Positions 27,998 to 40,004 of a stretch of 64,000 nucleotides of DNA are shown here, in pieces. The translations under genes were made by a program, and so were the position numbers. Under the pieces are notes generated by a model. It had not been told where the DNA came from. It made no database searches and saw only the letters and a list, made by a program, of their open reading frames with translations. Positions within the stretch are counted from its first letter, which is position 1, and each line of letters opens with the position of its first letter. Source of the stretch: an uncultured Gammaproteobacteria bacterium (GTDB lineage Bacteria; Patescibacteriota; Patescibacteriia; SG8-24); the NCBI GenBank assembly GCA_964491475.1, contig CAZBFO010000001.1, positions 189,265 to 253,264 on the forward strand, in the 5' to 3' direction.

Positions 27998-29512
27998 TCA
28001 CGAGAGAGAAGCTATGGCCGCGTCGAGTCGCGCCAAGGTCCGTTCCTTGCCGATCGCCCAAGCGCACTCGAAAGGCCCCGGCGACATTTCGCGGCCGCTC
28101 AATGCCACGCGGAACGGCCACAGCGATTCGCCGTTGGTCCAGCCCTTTTCGGCGATGTGCGCGACCGTTGCCTGTTCCAACGCCTTGGCATCTGCAAACT
28201 GCGACTCCCCTGCCCCGACGACGAATGCCCGCAGTCCCAGCAGCCGATCCTTGGCGACCTCGGCGGTCGATTTCTTCCAGACCAGCATCGCAGCGGAAAC
28301 GGCGATTTCCTCGAACACGAAGCGCGTGGATTCGGGCAGCTCGGCGAGCGTGGTCGCCCGCCGCTGTTCCAGAGTTACCGCCTTTTCGAGCAAATCCATA
28401 CCGACGGCCAGCCCGCCCTTCACCGCAGAGAGCTTGCCGCCGTCCTCGCGCAGCACCTCCTGTTTCAGGTAGAACGGACGCGCGGCTTGCGCCAACGCGG
28501 AGGCCGACAGCGCCCGGAGGTACTCCTTGTTGAACCAGTCCAGCTTCTCGCGGTTGAACACCGCACCGGCCTTGTTTACCTTGCCGATGTCGAACTCCCT
28601 GATGAACTCGTCCTTAGTGTACAGGTCGCGATCCGCCCGCGGGTTCCAGCCCATCAGCGCGACGAAATTGACCAGCGCTTCCGGCAGGTAGCCCTTATCG
28701 AGATAATCCTCGACGGCAACGTCGCCCTGGCGTTTGGACAGCTTGGAACGATCGGGATTGAGCAGCAACGGCACGTGCGCGAATTGCGGCGGTGCCCAGC
28801 CGAAAGCCTTGTACAGCGCGATGTGCTTTGGCGTGGACGGCAGCCATTCCTCCGCACGGATGACGTGCGTGATGCCCATCAGGTGATCGTCGACGACGTT
28901 CGCCAGATGATACGTCGGAAAGCCGTCGGATTTCATCAATACCTGGTCGTCGATCAGCGCGTTCTCGAACTCCACGTGGCCGCGGATGCTGTCGTTGAAC
29001 ACCGTGGTCCCTTCAGCGGGCATCTTCATGCGGATGACGTGCGGCATGCCTTTGTCGAGCTGTGCCTGCGCCTCCTCGGGCGTGTGCATGCGGCAGTGCT
29101 TGTCGTACATGATGGGCAGCTTGGCCGCCGCCTGGCCCTGCTTCACCTGCTCAAGCCGCTCCGCAGTGCAAAAACAGTAGTAGGCGTGACCGCGCTTCAC
29201 GAGCAGGTCGGCCTGTTCCTTGTACAGGTGCAGGCGCTTCGATTGCACGTACGGACCGCAAGTGCCTCTTTCGGCCAGTTTCCCCTGCTCGTCAAGGTAC
29301 GGCCCTTCGACCGGACGGATGCCGCAGCGTTCAAGCGAGCGCAGCAAGCTCTCAATCGCCCCTTCGACATAGCGAGTGCGGTCGGTGTCTTCGATGCGCA
29401 AAATGAACTGGCCGCCGTTATGCAGGGCGAACAGTTCGTTGTAGAGGGCAGTGCGAAGACCGCCAATGTGGAGATAGCCTGTAGGTGAGGGGGCAAATCG
29501 GACGCGAACCAT
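27998..29512 (-). CDS. gltX: Glutamate--tRNA ligase
   Basis: RVRFAPSPTGYLHIGG, RIEDTD, KLSKR; ATG 29512. Confidence 0.97.
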   Translation of the reverse strand: MVRVRFAPSPTGYLHIGGLRTALYNELFALHNGGQFILRIEDTDRTRYVEGAIESLLRSLERCGIRPVEGPYLDEQGKLAERGTCGPYVQSKRLHLYKEQADLLVKRGHAYYCFCTAERLEQVKQGQAAAKLPIMYDKHCRMHTPEEAQAQLDKGMPHVIRMKMPAEGTTVFNDSIRGHVEFENALIDDQVLMKSDGFPTYHLANVVDDHLMGITHVIRAEEWLPSTPKHIALYKAFGWAPPQFAHVPLLLNPDRSKLSKRQGDVAVEDYLDKGYLPEALVNFVALMGWNPRADRDLYTKDEFIREFDIGKVNKAGAVFNREKLDWFNKEYLRALSASALAQAARPFYLKQEVLREDGGKLSAVKGGLAVGMDLLEKAVTLEQRRATTLAELPESTRFVFEEIAVSAAMLVWKKSTAEVAKDRLLGLRAFVVGAGESQFADAKALEQATVAHIAEKGWTNGESLWPFRVALSGREMSPGPFECAWAIGKERTLARLDAAIASLS

Positions 29513-29546
29513 AGCAATCAGGAAAGAAAGACTTGTGGCAATTTTA

Positions 29547-30296
29547 TCAATTTTTCTCTCGTAAGGCCAGCCACGGGAATACCGCGACCGCCGTCCAAAT
29601 GCGGCCCAACCTGCTGGGCTGCTGCACGAGCCGCCACAGCCACTCAAGACCGATTTTTCGCAGGAATCTCGGCGCCCTGCGCACGTCTCCGGCAATGAAA
29701 TCGAAAGCGCCGCCGATGCCGATGGCCACCCGCACCGAGGGCAACGCCGCCAAGTGATCTGCTATCCACATCTCCTGCTTGCCGTGACCAAATGCCACCA
29801 ACAGCATGGCCGGCTCCGCCTTCCGAATGCGCCCGATCAGGCCCTGATCCATCTGCCAGCTGCCATCGGCATTCCGGCTGATCTGCCCGCCGCTTTCCGC
29901 GCCAACGACGTTCAGGCCCTGATATTTCTTCCGTAAAACGGCCGCTGCTCGCTCGGCCACGTCCTTTTTGCCGCCGCCAAGCAGATACACCGACAGGTCC
30001 TTATGCTCGGCAAGCCCGGCCAGCTCTTCCGCAAAATCCGTGCCGCTGACGCGCTCTGGTATGCGCTGACCGCGGATTCTCGCGGCCAACAGCAGACCAA
30101 AGCCGTCCGGAAGCGCCAAATCGGACTTTCGCAGGGTATCCCGGAAAACGGGGTCCTTGGATGCCAAGACCAGCATCTCCGGATTCGGCGTCGTCAAAAA
30201 GTGCCCGCGGCGCTCCGCGAGCATGTTGGCGACCTTCATGGAGGCCTCGACCTTGGTCATGGCGTCGACGGGGACGCCCAGGATTTCGATCCGCAT
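29547..30296 (-). CDS. WecB/TagA/CpsF-family glycosyltransferase
   Basis: TPNPEM, PDGFG, RVSGTD, GKQE.WI, GGAFDF, GLEWLWRL. Confidence 0.93.
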   Translation of the reverse strand: MRIEILGVPVDAMTKVEASMKVANMLAERRGHFLTTPNPEMLVLASKDPVFRDTLRKSDLALPDGFGLLLAARIRGQRIPERVSGTDFAEELAGLAEHKDLSVYLLGGGKKDVAERAAAVLRKKYQGLNVVGAESGGQISRNADGSWQMDQGLIGRIRKAEPAMLLVAFGHGKQEMWIADHLAALPSVRVAIGIGGAFDFIAGDVRRAPRFLRKIGLEWLWRLVQQPSRLGRIWTAVAVFPWLALREKN

Positions 30297-30348
30297 ACTC
30301 CCCTGCAGTGTAACAAATAAGCCGAAATTAAGCTTATCCACTCCCCGC

Positions 30349-30409
30349 TTGACATCCCTTCCGACCTGGTGCAAGAATGAGATTAGCACTCGCACTTGTT
30401 GAGTGCTAA
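30349..30409 (+). promoter_or_regulatory. clpB promoter and perfect CIRCE (HrcA operator)
   Basis: TTGACA at 30349; TTAGCACTC-GCACTTGTT-GAGTGCTAA at 30383-30409, 15 bp before the clpB ATG. Confidence 0.92.
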
Positions 30410-30424
30410 TACCCTCACCATCCG

Positions 30425-33088
<2,664 letters not shown>

Positions 33089-33098
33089 CGACACACTC

Positions 33099-33281
33099 AT
33101 GACGCGAGCTGAATTTGAGCAAATCCTCGGGAGGGCCAGCAAGCAGATGACTGCTGAATCGCGTCATAAAAAATACGCGACTTCTAAGGAGTTCGAGAAC
33201 CGTGTTCGTGAAGTAGTGCAGGAGCTCGTGCTACCGCATGGCATTTCTTTGGACTTCGATCCGGAACGGAACTGGCGGTAG
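33099..33281 (+). pseudogene. Short ORF, possible truncated N-terminus of a restriction endonuclease
   Basis: AT-richer 60 aa ORF (SKEFENRVREVV...LDFDP) ending where a PD motif would be expected; weak recognition. Confidence 0.35.
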
Positions 33282-33314
33282 AACGCGCGGATTTTGCGCT
33301 TGGCCATAGTGTTA

Positions 33315-33430
33315 TGGACGCGTCTGTGGTAGGTTGGACCTACCACTCACTGCGTGGTTATACGTTTCGCAGAAATGCGAAGCGTGTGGGAAACACCGCT
33401 GTCTCTCCCAAGGAGCGGTGTTTCTTTTTG
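33315..33430 (+). ncRNA. Putative structured RNA (two hairpins plus terminator)
   Basis: gtggtaggt/acctaccac stem; 13-bp stem with GAAA loop and G-U pairs; gaaacaccgct/agcggtgtttc plus T-tract. Confidence 0.45.
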
Positions 33431-33478
33431 TAAACGAAGGGAAAAGGAACGGTCTTCAGGGTCTGCCGCATTTGCCCG

Positions 33479-34117
33479 CTACGTCATTCTGCGGTAGTCG
33501 CGAACGACTCCCCGAACGACACCCTGCACGATGATGTCTTTGACATAGAAGGGTTTCATGGTGCGGTTGGCCGGCTGCAAGCGGACGCGTCCGTCTTCCT
33601 TGTAGAACCGCTTGAGCGTGGCGTTGGTGTTTTCGAGCAGGGCGACCACGGTGTCGCCGTTCTTGGGCTGGGTGGTGGCGATGACCACCACGTAGTCGCC
33701 CGAAAGGATGCCGTCGTCGATCATCGACTCCCCTTTCACCTTGAGGACGTAGGCGTCTTCGCCGTCGTTGACCATTTCTGCGGGAACCGGGAAGGATTCG
33801 TTGGTTTCGACGGCTTCGATGGGTTCGCCGGCGGTGATGAGGCCCTTGAGCGGCAGGAGCATGGCCTTGGCGGTGGACAGCAGCGAGGATTCGACCTCGA
33901 TGCTGCGGGCCGAGTCGGCATCTCCGGTGAGGTAGCCCTTGCGCTCCAAGTTTTTGATGTGCTCATGGACCGTGGCGGTCGAGGAGATGCCGAAGTGCGC
34001 GCCGATCTCCCGGTACGACGGCGGGTAGCCGCGTTCCTGGATGTACTCGACCACGAAGGCCAAGATGTCGGACTGCTTCTTGGTCAGTTTTTCGCGTTCG
34101 GCGTTTGTGGCGCGCAT
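33479..34117 (-). CDS. lexA: LexA repressor
   Basis: LTKKQ..IL, GYPPSYREI wHTH, ITAG.P cleavage site, GESM Ser and TLKR Lys; alternative GTG start at 34129. Confidence 0.95.
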   Translation of the reverse strand: MRATNAEREKLTKKQSDILAFVVEYIQERGYPPSYREIGAHFGISSTATVHEHIKNLERKGYLTGDADSARSIEVESSLLSTAKAMLLPLKGLITAGEPIEAVETNESFPVPAEMVNDGEDAYVLKVKGESMIDDGILSGDYVVVIATTQPKNGDTVVALLENTNATLKRFYKEDGRVRLQPANRTMKPFYVKDIIVQGVVRGVVRDYRRMT

Positions 34118-34149
34118 AACGTTATCCACATCGTGACTTATCTGCTTAC

Positions 34150-34178
34150 ACTATACCCGAACAAAAACCGAACGTCAA
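34150..34178 (-). promoter_or_regulatory. lexA promoter with a direct-repeat SOS-box candidate in the spacer
   Basis: TTGACG-17 nt-TATAGT; the spacer contains TTCGG-TTTTTG-TTCGG (34172-34157). Confidence 0.82.
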
Positions 34179-34308
34179 AGCTCTTCTGTGGACAAGTCGA
34201 GAAAAGAGCCGTCTTTTTTGACCATTTTTGGGTCGAAAAAGGCATCTTTCGTGCCTCGAAGACCTTATGCTTTGTGCCTGACCGTGGTAGAATGCAGCGG
34301 TAAACGTT

Positions 34309-35103
34309 ATGGCTTTAGTCTACGCCTGCATCACCGCGCACACTCCCCTGCTCATGCCGACCATCGGCAAGGAGGGGCTTAACGTCATCGAAAAGACCAA
34401 GAACGCGCTGATTCAGCTGGAGCAGGAGCTGTACATCGCCCAGCCGGAAACCATAATCGTGATATCGCCGCACGGCGACTCGCTGCCGGACGCGCTGTCC
34501 ATCAACCTCAACTCCAAGTACGTCACCAACTTCGAGGAGTTCGGCGACTTGGTGACCAAAATCGAATGGAAGTCGGACATCATGCTGACCGACCGCATCC
34601 GCGAAGACTTCAAGGAAAAACATTTGCCGCTGGTGCTGGGCAGCTCCGAATACGTCGACTACGGCTGCGCCGTGCCGCTGTCGTACCTGACGCAGCACTT
34701 GCCCAACGTGCGCATCGTCCCGCTGCACACTTCGCAGCTCGACATGAAGGCCCATCACGGCTTCGGCAAGGAGTTCAAGGACGAGATCATGAGCTCGACG
34801 CGACGCATCGCAATTGTGGCCTCTGCCGACCTTTCGCATCGCGTCAGTGAAACCTCGCCCGACGGCCTTTCGCCCCGTGGCGTGGCTTTCGATGAAAAGA
34901 TCATCGACGTCGTTACCAAGCAAGACCCTATCGCCATTCTCGACATCGACGAGGAGTGGATCAAGGAAGCGCAGTCGTGCGGCGCGAAAGTGATCGCCAC
35001 GCTCTGCGGCATGCTTGACGACGTCAATCACACCGCCAAGGTGCTCTCGTACGAGAAGCCGTTCGGCGTCGGCTACCTGATGGCCGGCATGAAAATCGGC
35101 TGA
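34309..35103 (+). CDS. MEMO1/LigB-like extradiol dioxygenase-fold protein (AmmeMemoRadiSam B-like)
   Basis: H.PLLMP.IG, ISPHG, DYG..VPL, ASADLSH, CG, YEKPFGVGY. Confidence 0.8.
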   Translation: MALVYACITAHTPLLMPTIGKEGLNVIEKTKNALIQLEQELYIAQPETIIVISPHGDSLPDALSINLNSKYVTNFEEFGDLVTKIEWKSDIMLTDRIREDFKEKHLPLVLGSSEYVDYGCAVPLSYLTQHLPNVRIVPLHTSQLDMKAHHGFGKEFKDEIMSSTRRIAIVASADLSHRVSETSPDGLSPRGVAFDEKIIDVVTKQDPIAILDIDEEWIKEAQSCGAKVIATLCGMLDDVNHTAKVLSYEKPFGVGYLMAGMKIG

Positions 35104-35227
35104 TTCGCGGCGTGTTCACGGGACGGTTTTTCGCCGCAGGAAGGCGATTTTTTGTTCCTCCCGGAACTTTACGGAAAGACCGACCAATGCTAGGGTGAAA
35201 ACCGCTAAGATAAGGCCCTGTGCAGCT

Positions 35228-35521
35228 ATGGACGACCTCAAAGACATCCTCAAAAAGCGTGCTCCCAAGGTGATTCCCAAGGACAAGCACCTGCATTCCG
35301 CAGCGCATGTGCTGGCCGACGAGATCAGCACGGCCTTCGGGGAGCGGAAGCGCTTTGCGATGTACCTGGGCGTCATCAACCGCGTGGGCGTGGAGAACGC
35401 CCGGCGCATCTTCCGCCAGCTCCATCAGGAAGCCAAGGGCGACCTGGGCAAGCTGTTCATGTACCTGTGCCGCAAGGAACCCAAGGAGCAGAAACCCCAG
35501 GACGCTCCCCCGAACCCGTAA
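35228..35521 (+). CDS. Small conserved hypothetical protein
   Basis: Host-like codon usage, co-oriented upstream of def. Confidence 0.65.
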   Translation: MDDLKDILKKRAPKVIPKDKHLHSAAHVLADEISTAFGERKRFAMYLGVINRVGVENARRIFRQLHQEAKGDLGKLFMYLCRKEPKEQKPQDAPPNP

Positions 35522-35525
35522 CGAT

Positions 35526-36011
35526 ATGGCCGTCAGAAAAATCACCATGAAAGGCACGCCGGTCCTGCATGCGCGGGCCAAGGAGGTCGACCTCAAGGAG
35601 ATCGGCTCTCCGGAGTTCCGCGCGTTCATCGACGACATGGTCGAGACGATGTATGCCGCCAACGGCGTGGGCATCGCCGCCACGCAGGTCGGTGACGGAC
35701 GTCGCGTGTTCATCGCCGAAAGCGCCAAGGGACCCATCGCCCTGGTGAATCCGGTGTTCACCGAAAAGTCAAAGAAGATGCTTTCCGACGACGAGGGCTG
35801 CCTTTCCGTCCCCGGCAAGTTCGACCGCGTGAAGCGCCACAAGACCGTGACCGTCGAGGCCTACACCATCGAAGGCGAAAAAATCTCGTTCACCGCCGAA
35901 GGATTCTTTGCCCGGATTTTGCAGCACGAGCTGGATCACTTGGACGGCCTGCTGTACGTGGACCGCGTGGCCGAGCAGAAGAAGGCCAAGGACGATGCCG
36001 CTAAGAAGTAA
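35526..36011 (+). CDS. def: Peptide deformylase
   Basis: GVGIAATQVG, EGCLSVP, QHELDHLDG. Confidence 0.96.
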   Translation: MAVRKITMKGTPVLHARAKEVDLKEIGSPEFRAFIDDMVETMYAANGVGIAATQVGDGRRVFIAESAKGPIALVNPVFTEKSKKMLSDDEGCLSVPGKFDRVKRHKTVTVEAYTIEGEKISFTAEGFFARILQHELDHLDGLLYVDRVAEQKKAKDDAAKK

Positions 36012-36021
36012 TCTCGTTGTC

Positions 36022-36999
36022 ATGCTTCGCATCGTCTACTTTGGTACCGCCGCGTTCGCCGTTCCGCCGCTCAAGGCGCTGCTTGGCGACTCGCGCTTCG
36101 AAGTCGCAGCGGTGGTGTCGCAGCCGGACAAGCCGACGGGCCGCGACGGCGCGGTCAGTTCCTCTCCCGTCGCCAAGGTGGCGCGCGAGGCCGGCGTGAC
36201 TTTGTTGCAGCCTGCCAAGATGAAAACGGACGAGACTCGCGAGATGTTGGCAGCGCTGAACGCCGACCTGTTCGTGGTGGCGGCGTACGGCCGCATCATT
36301 CCCAAGGCGCTGCTGGACCTCCCCCGCCACGGCTGCCTGAACTTGCACGGCTCGCTGCTGCCCAAGTACCGCGGTGCCTCCCCTATCCAAGCGGCCATCG
36401 CCGCCGGCGACGCCGAGACCGGCGTGACGCTGATGCGGATGGACGAGGAAGTCGACCACGGTCCCACCTACGCCATGGCACGCGTGACCATCGAGCCGAC
36501 CGACACCTACGCGACTCTGGAAGCCAAGCTGGCGGACGTCGGAGCCGACCTGTTGCTCGCAGAGATAGACGCAGTAGTGGCCGGGACGCGCGAGGCGAAC
36601 GAGCAGAATCATTCCGAAGCGTCTTTCACCGGCATCATTGATCGCCGCGACGGCTTCGTGGGCTGGACCGCCGACAGCGCCTCGGCGATCGAGTGCCGAC
36701 GCAGGGCCTTTACGCCGTGGCCGGGGCTGTATGCCGTCTGGAAGCGCAAGGGCGTGGCGTTGCGCATCAAGCTGCTCGACCTGGCGACGTTGCCTGACGC
36801 CAGCGTGCCGACCGGCACCGTGCCGGGAACGGTCTTCAAAACCGCTGACGGCTTCCCTGCAGTTGCCGCCGCCTCCGGCGCGCTCAAGCTGCGCACGGTC
36901 CAACCCGAAGGCAAGAAACCCATGGAAGGCAAGCTGCTGCTCAACGGCTATCAAGACTTCATCGGCAGCGTTCTGGAAAAAGAAGAGACGCCCGCGTAG
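36022..36999 (+). CDS. fmt: Methionyl-tRNA formyltransferase
   Basis: YFGT..FA, VVSQPDKP.GR, NLHGSLLPKYRGASPIQ. Confidence 0.96.
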   Translation: MLRIVYFGTAAFAVPPLKALLGDSRFEVAAVVSQPDKPTGRDGAVSSSPVAKVAREAGVTLLQPAKMKTDETREMLAALNADLFVVAAYGRIIPKALLDLPRHGCLNLHGSLLPKYRGASPIQAAIAAGDAETGVTLMRMDEEVDHGPTYAMARVTIEPTDTYATLEAKLADVGADLLLAEIDAVVAGTREANEQNHSEASFTGIIDRRDGFVGWTADSASAIECRRRAFTPWPGLYAVWKRKGVALRIKLLDLATLPDASVPTGTVPGTVFKTADGFPAVAAASGALKLRTVQPEGKKPMEGKLLLNGYQDFIGSVLEKEETPA

Positions 37000-37011
37000 G
37001 GCGTCTTTTAG

Positions 37012-37395
37012 TCAGGGATGAAGGATGACGTGAGAAGGGTGCTTAACCGTATACTCCTCCGTGTACAGGAGCAGCATGCTCAAATGGTCATCGCCGGCGT
37101 AAATGAACTGCCGGTCGGCCAAGTGCTCCTCGATGGCCGCAATCCAGGCGTCCAGACCGGCAAATCCCGGAGAGACTTCGCAGTCGCTATCGACGACGAT
37201 AATTCGCGTTTCCTGCCGCGACGCCAGAGTGGCGAACACCTGTCGCAGCGCGTCGCTCACGCCCGGCTCGCCGGTCAGACAACCGCTTACGCAAAGGAGC
37301 ATCGTCGATGGCTGGCATATCTTATCTTGCCAACCGAACACCAGCGGCCGGCCGTCAGATACCGTCTTGAGATCTCCGCTTTCTCCAGGATGCAT
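37012..37395 (-). CDS. Hypothetical protein (weakly STAS-like alpha/beta pattern)
   Basis: GAGGAG RBS before ATG 37395; VSGCL...IIVVDS pattern. Confidence 0.5.
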   Translation of the reverse strand: MHPGESGDLKTVSDGRPLVFGWQDKICQPSTMLLCVSGCLTGEPGVSDALRQVFATLASRQETRIIVVDSDCEVSPGFAGLDAWIAAIEEHLADRQFIYAGDDHLSMLLLYTEEYTVKHPSHVILHP

Positions 37396-37471
37396 GTCCG
37401 TTCTCCTCTTGACAAAGGACTCGTGCGCAAAGTACATGGTACCCTGCCATGCTCGATTGTCAACCAGCCGT

Positions 37472-38350
37472 TCAAGAGGTCTTTTCATCCCCGATCCTGT
37501 CGACGGTCTTCTTCGCATCGATGATCGCCAACACGTCGTCCGGCGGCTTGTCGCTGCCGAACAGCCGCTTCGAGATGGCTTTGCGGAGGTCGCGCAACGC
37601 CTTCATCTGCGGCAGCACTTCCAGCGTGGCGCGGCGGTGCTCGCCCTGTTCGGGCTTGCCCAAGCCGGCATCGGCATCCGTGCGGCGCAAGTCCTTGGCG
37701 ACGGTTTCGGCCATGCGGCCGCCCATCTGCTCCAGGACGCCGTCCACATGCGCCAGTGCCTCGATGGACGACATCTCGGCCGAGGCGTCAGCGTCCAGCG
37801 CGCCGCGAAAGTCGGTGAACGATCCGCGTTCGGGCAGCTGGTTGCCGATGCGCGAAAGCAGTTCGCCGTAGCGGCCTTCCTCCAAGTCGGCTTCGTTCAG
37901 GTTGCTTGAAGGGTAGCGCTCGAACATCGCGTCCATCGCCTTCCGGGCGGTCTCGCGCGACCACTTCATGTCGCCCTTGGCGCCCTGCTCGGACGCCTGC
38001 TTCTGATCCTCGGGGCTGAAACGGCGGAAGGCGCGTTCGGCCATGACGGAAACGGGATCGGCAAGTTCTTCGCGTTCGCGAATGACGGTCCCCTTCGGTT
38101 CCTTGAGCGCGACCTCGACCTCCGCGGCCCACTTCGGCTCGGCTTCCTCCATCTGTTTGGAAAGCAGCGGGTCCCGCTCGTGCGAGCGCACGGCGTCGTT
38201 CAAGGTCATCTTGGCGTTGCGGACGTCGTCGATGACCGACTGCTCCTCGGGGGAAGGGACGGGCGTGTCTTCGGTCTTCAGCTCGGCGATTTCTGCGGCG
38301 ACCTCGCGGTTGTGGGCCTCCAACCTGGATTCCTGGGTCTGTTCCTGCAT
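37472..38350 (-). CDS. Hypothetical charged helical protein
   Basis: Long ORF with host codon usage directly after the ligase-like gene. Confidence 0.65.
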   Translation of the reverse strand: MQEQTQESRLEAHNREVAAEIAELKTEDTPVPSPEEQSVIDDVRNAKMTLNDAVRSHERDPLLSKQMEEAEPKWAAEVEVALKEPKGTVIREREELADPVSVMAERAFRRFSPEDQKQASEQGAKGDMKWSRETARKAMDAMFERYPSSNLNEADLEEGRYGELLSRIGNQLPERGSFTDFRGALDADASAEMSSIEALAHVDGVLEQMGGRMAETVAKDLRRTDADAGLGKPEQGEHRRATLEVLPQMKALRDLRKAISKRLFGSDKPPDDVLAIIDAKKTVDRIGDEKTS

Positions 38351-38351
38351 A

Positions 38352-40004
38352 CTATGATTCGTTCTTGGCAAATGCGCCGTTGGCCGCCAGCGTGCCCATC
38401 AGCATCAGGATGCCGATGCCCAGCGGATGATTCAGGTACGGGCTGAAGACGTTGGTGCCGATGAGCGCGAGCAAGCCGATCAGCAGCCCGGCGGCAACCA
38501 GCGATTGCTGCTTGGCGCCCCCGTCGAAAGCCAAATCGGCGTTCTTGAAGTCGCCTCGCGCCAGGCGGACGCGACGCAGCATCGGGCGCAGCAGCGAGAG
38601 CAGGAACCAGGCGTAGATGGCCGCGCCGACCGCGCCGATCTTCAGCCAGATGTCATGATAGCCCCACTCGAAGGCGTAGGTGGTGTAGCTGCCGGTCTCG
38701 TCCGAAGCCTTGAGGCGCGGATCGTGGGTTTCGTAGGTGACGGTCTTGCCGTAGCCGGAACCGAACAGCGGATGCTCCATGGCGGCCGCGGTCAGTTTGG
38801 GCAGCAGCGCCCAGCGGCTCTTGGCGGCGTCGTCGTTCAGGGAGAAGGCGCGGTCTCCGAAGATGGAGGCCAGGGAAATGCCGCCGTTCTTGTTGGGGTA
38901 CGGGAAGGAATAAGTGACCGCGATGATGCCGACGGCCAGCAGCACGGAGCCTGTGCCCAACAGGACCAAACGCTTCCAGACCTTTGCTTCCGCCTTGCCC
39001 CAGACAAGGACGGCGAACAGCGCGGCGGTCGCCGCCGCTCCCCCGAACCAGAAGCTGCGCGAAAGCGACAGCAGCATGCTGACCATCGCCCAGGTCACGA
39101 AGGCCGCAGCGAATTTGGCGCCGCGTTCCTTCATGGAGCGCGAGTAGGCCACGAACAGGGCCGCCAGGAACATCGAGACCAGGATGAAAATCTGCGACTG
39201 GAAGAAGATGCGGTAGAAGTCGGCCACCATGATGGTGATTTCGCCCACGCGGGTGTCGCGCACCCACAGGTACAGCATCTTGGCGATGGCGAAGACGCGG
39301 TGCGAGAAGAAGAACAGCACCACCAGCGCCTTGAGCACGGCCACGGTCACGGCCGAGCACAGCAGCGCGGCGGCGCGCTCGATCATCTTGGGTGCCGCGA
39401 AGACGGTGATCAGCGCCGGGAACAGCGCAAAGTACAACGAGCGGTCGACGTCAAAGAAGACCAGGTTGTAGGGATGGCCGAAGACGACGCCGCGGGCGAT
39501 GCCGAACAGGATGGTGACCATCAGCAGCGCGAAGGGTGCCAGGACGCGCGAGGCGTTCAGTTTCTGCAGCCAGGCCCAGGCGGCCTTGCGGCGCTCTCCT
39601 CCGGCGAAGCTGGCGGCCAGCAGCTCGGCGAACCAGATGGCCACGACGATCAGGAACAGCGCGTGGCGGATCGACAGCTCCAGTCCCTGTTCGGCGCCGA
39701 AGGTGAGCATGTAGCCGCCCTGCGAACCGACGAACAGCTCGGCCAGCAGCACCAGCACGGCCAGCTCGAAGCGGATCAGCGCCAGCACGGTTACCGCGGC
39801 CAGGACGATCAGGAACAGGGGCGAAGACGCGGCCGGGACCACCCAGGCGGAAAATGAAATCAGCTCGTACAGCACCATCAGCGGCAACGCGAAGCGATAC
39901 GCGGCACGAAACGCGGTTGCATCGAGCCGCAGCGCCGCAGGCGGCAGCAAGGCGCGAAGATACTCCTTGATTCGCGTGAGGAAAGCAGGAGTGCTAATAG
40001 TCAT
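38352..40004 (-). CDS. O-antigen ligase/polymerase (Wzy_C)-family membrane protein
   Basis: Many TMs, SLSRSFW, R...HPLFGSGYG; within a glycosyltransferase cluster. Confidence 0.8.
   Translation of the reverse strand: MTISTPAFLTRIKEYLRALLPPAALRLDATAFRAAYRFALPLMVLYELISFSAWVVPAASSPLFLIVLAAVTVLALIRFELAVLVLLAELFVGSQGGYMLTFGAEQGLELSIRHALFLIVVAIWFAELLAASFAGGERRKAAWAWLQKLNASRVLAPFALLMVTILFGIARGVVFGHPYNLVFFDVDRSLYFALFPALITVFAAPKMIERAAALLCSAVTVAVLKALVVLFFFSHRVFAIAKMLYLWVRDTRVGEITIMVADFYRIFFQSQIFILVSMFLAALFVAYSRSMKERGAKFAAAFVTWAMVSMLLSLSRSFWFGGAAATAALFAVLVWGKAEAKVWKRLVLLGTGSVLLAVGIIAVTYSFPYPNKNGGISLASIFGDRAFSLNDDAAKSRWALLPKLTAAAMEHPLFGSGYGKTVTYETHDPRLKASDETGSYTTYAFEWGYHDIWLKIGAVGAAIYAWFLLSLLRPMLRRVRLARGDFKNADLAFDGGAKQQSLVAAGLLIGLLALIGTNVFSPYLNHPLGIGILMLMGTLAANGAFAKNES

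Noticed and set aside
34122-34195. Replication origin suggested by DnaA boxes near lexA
   Set aside because: Only one perfect and one imperfect box, no box cluster or unwinding element, and no dnaA/dnaN nearby.
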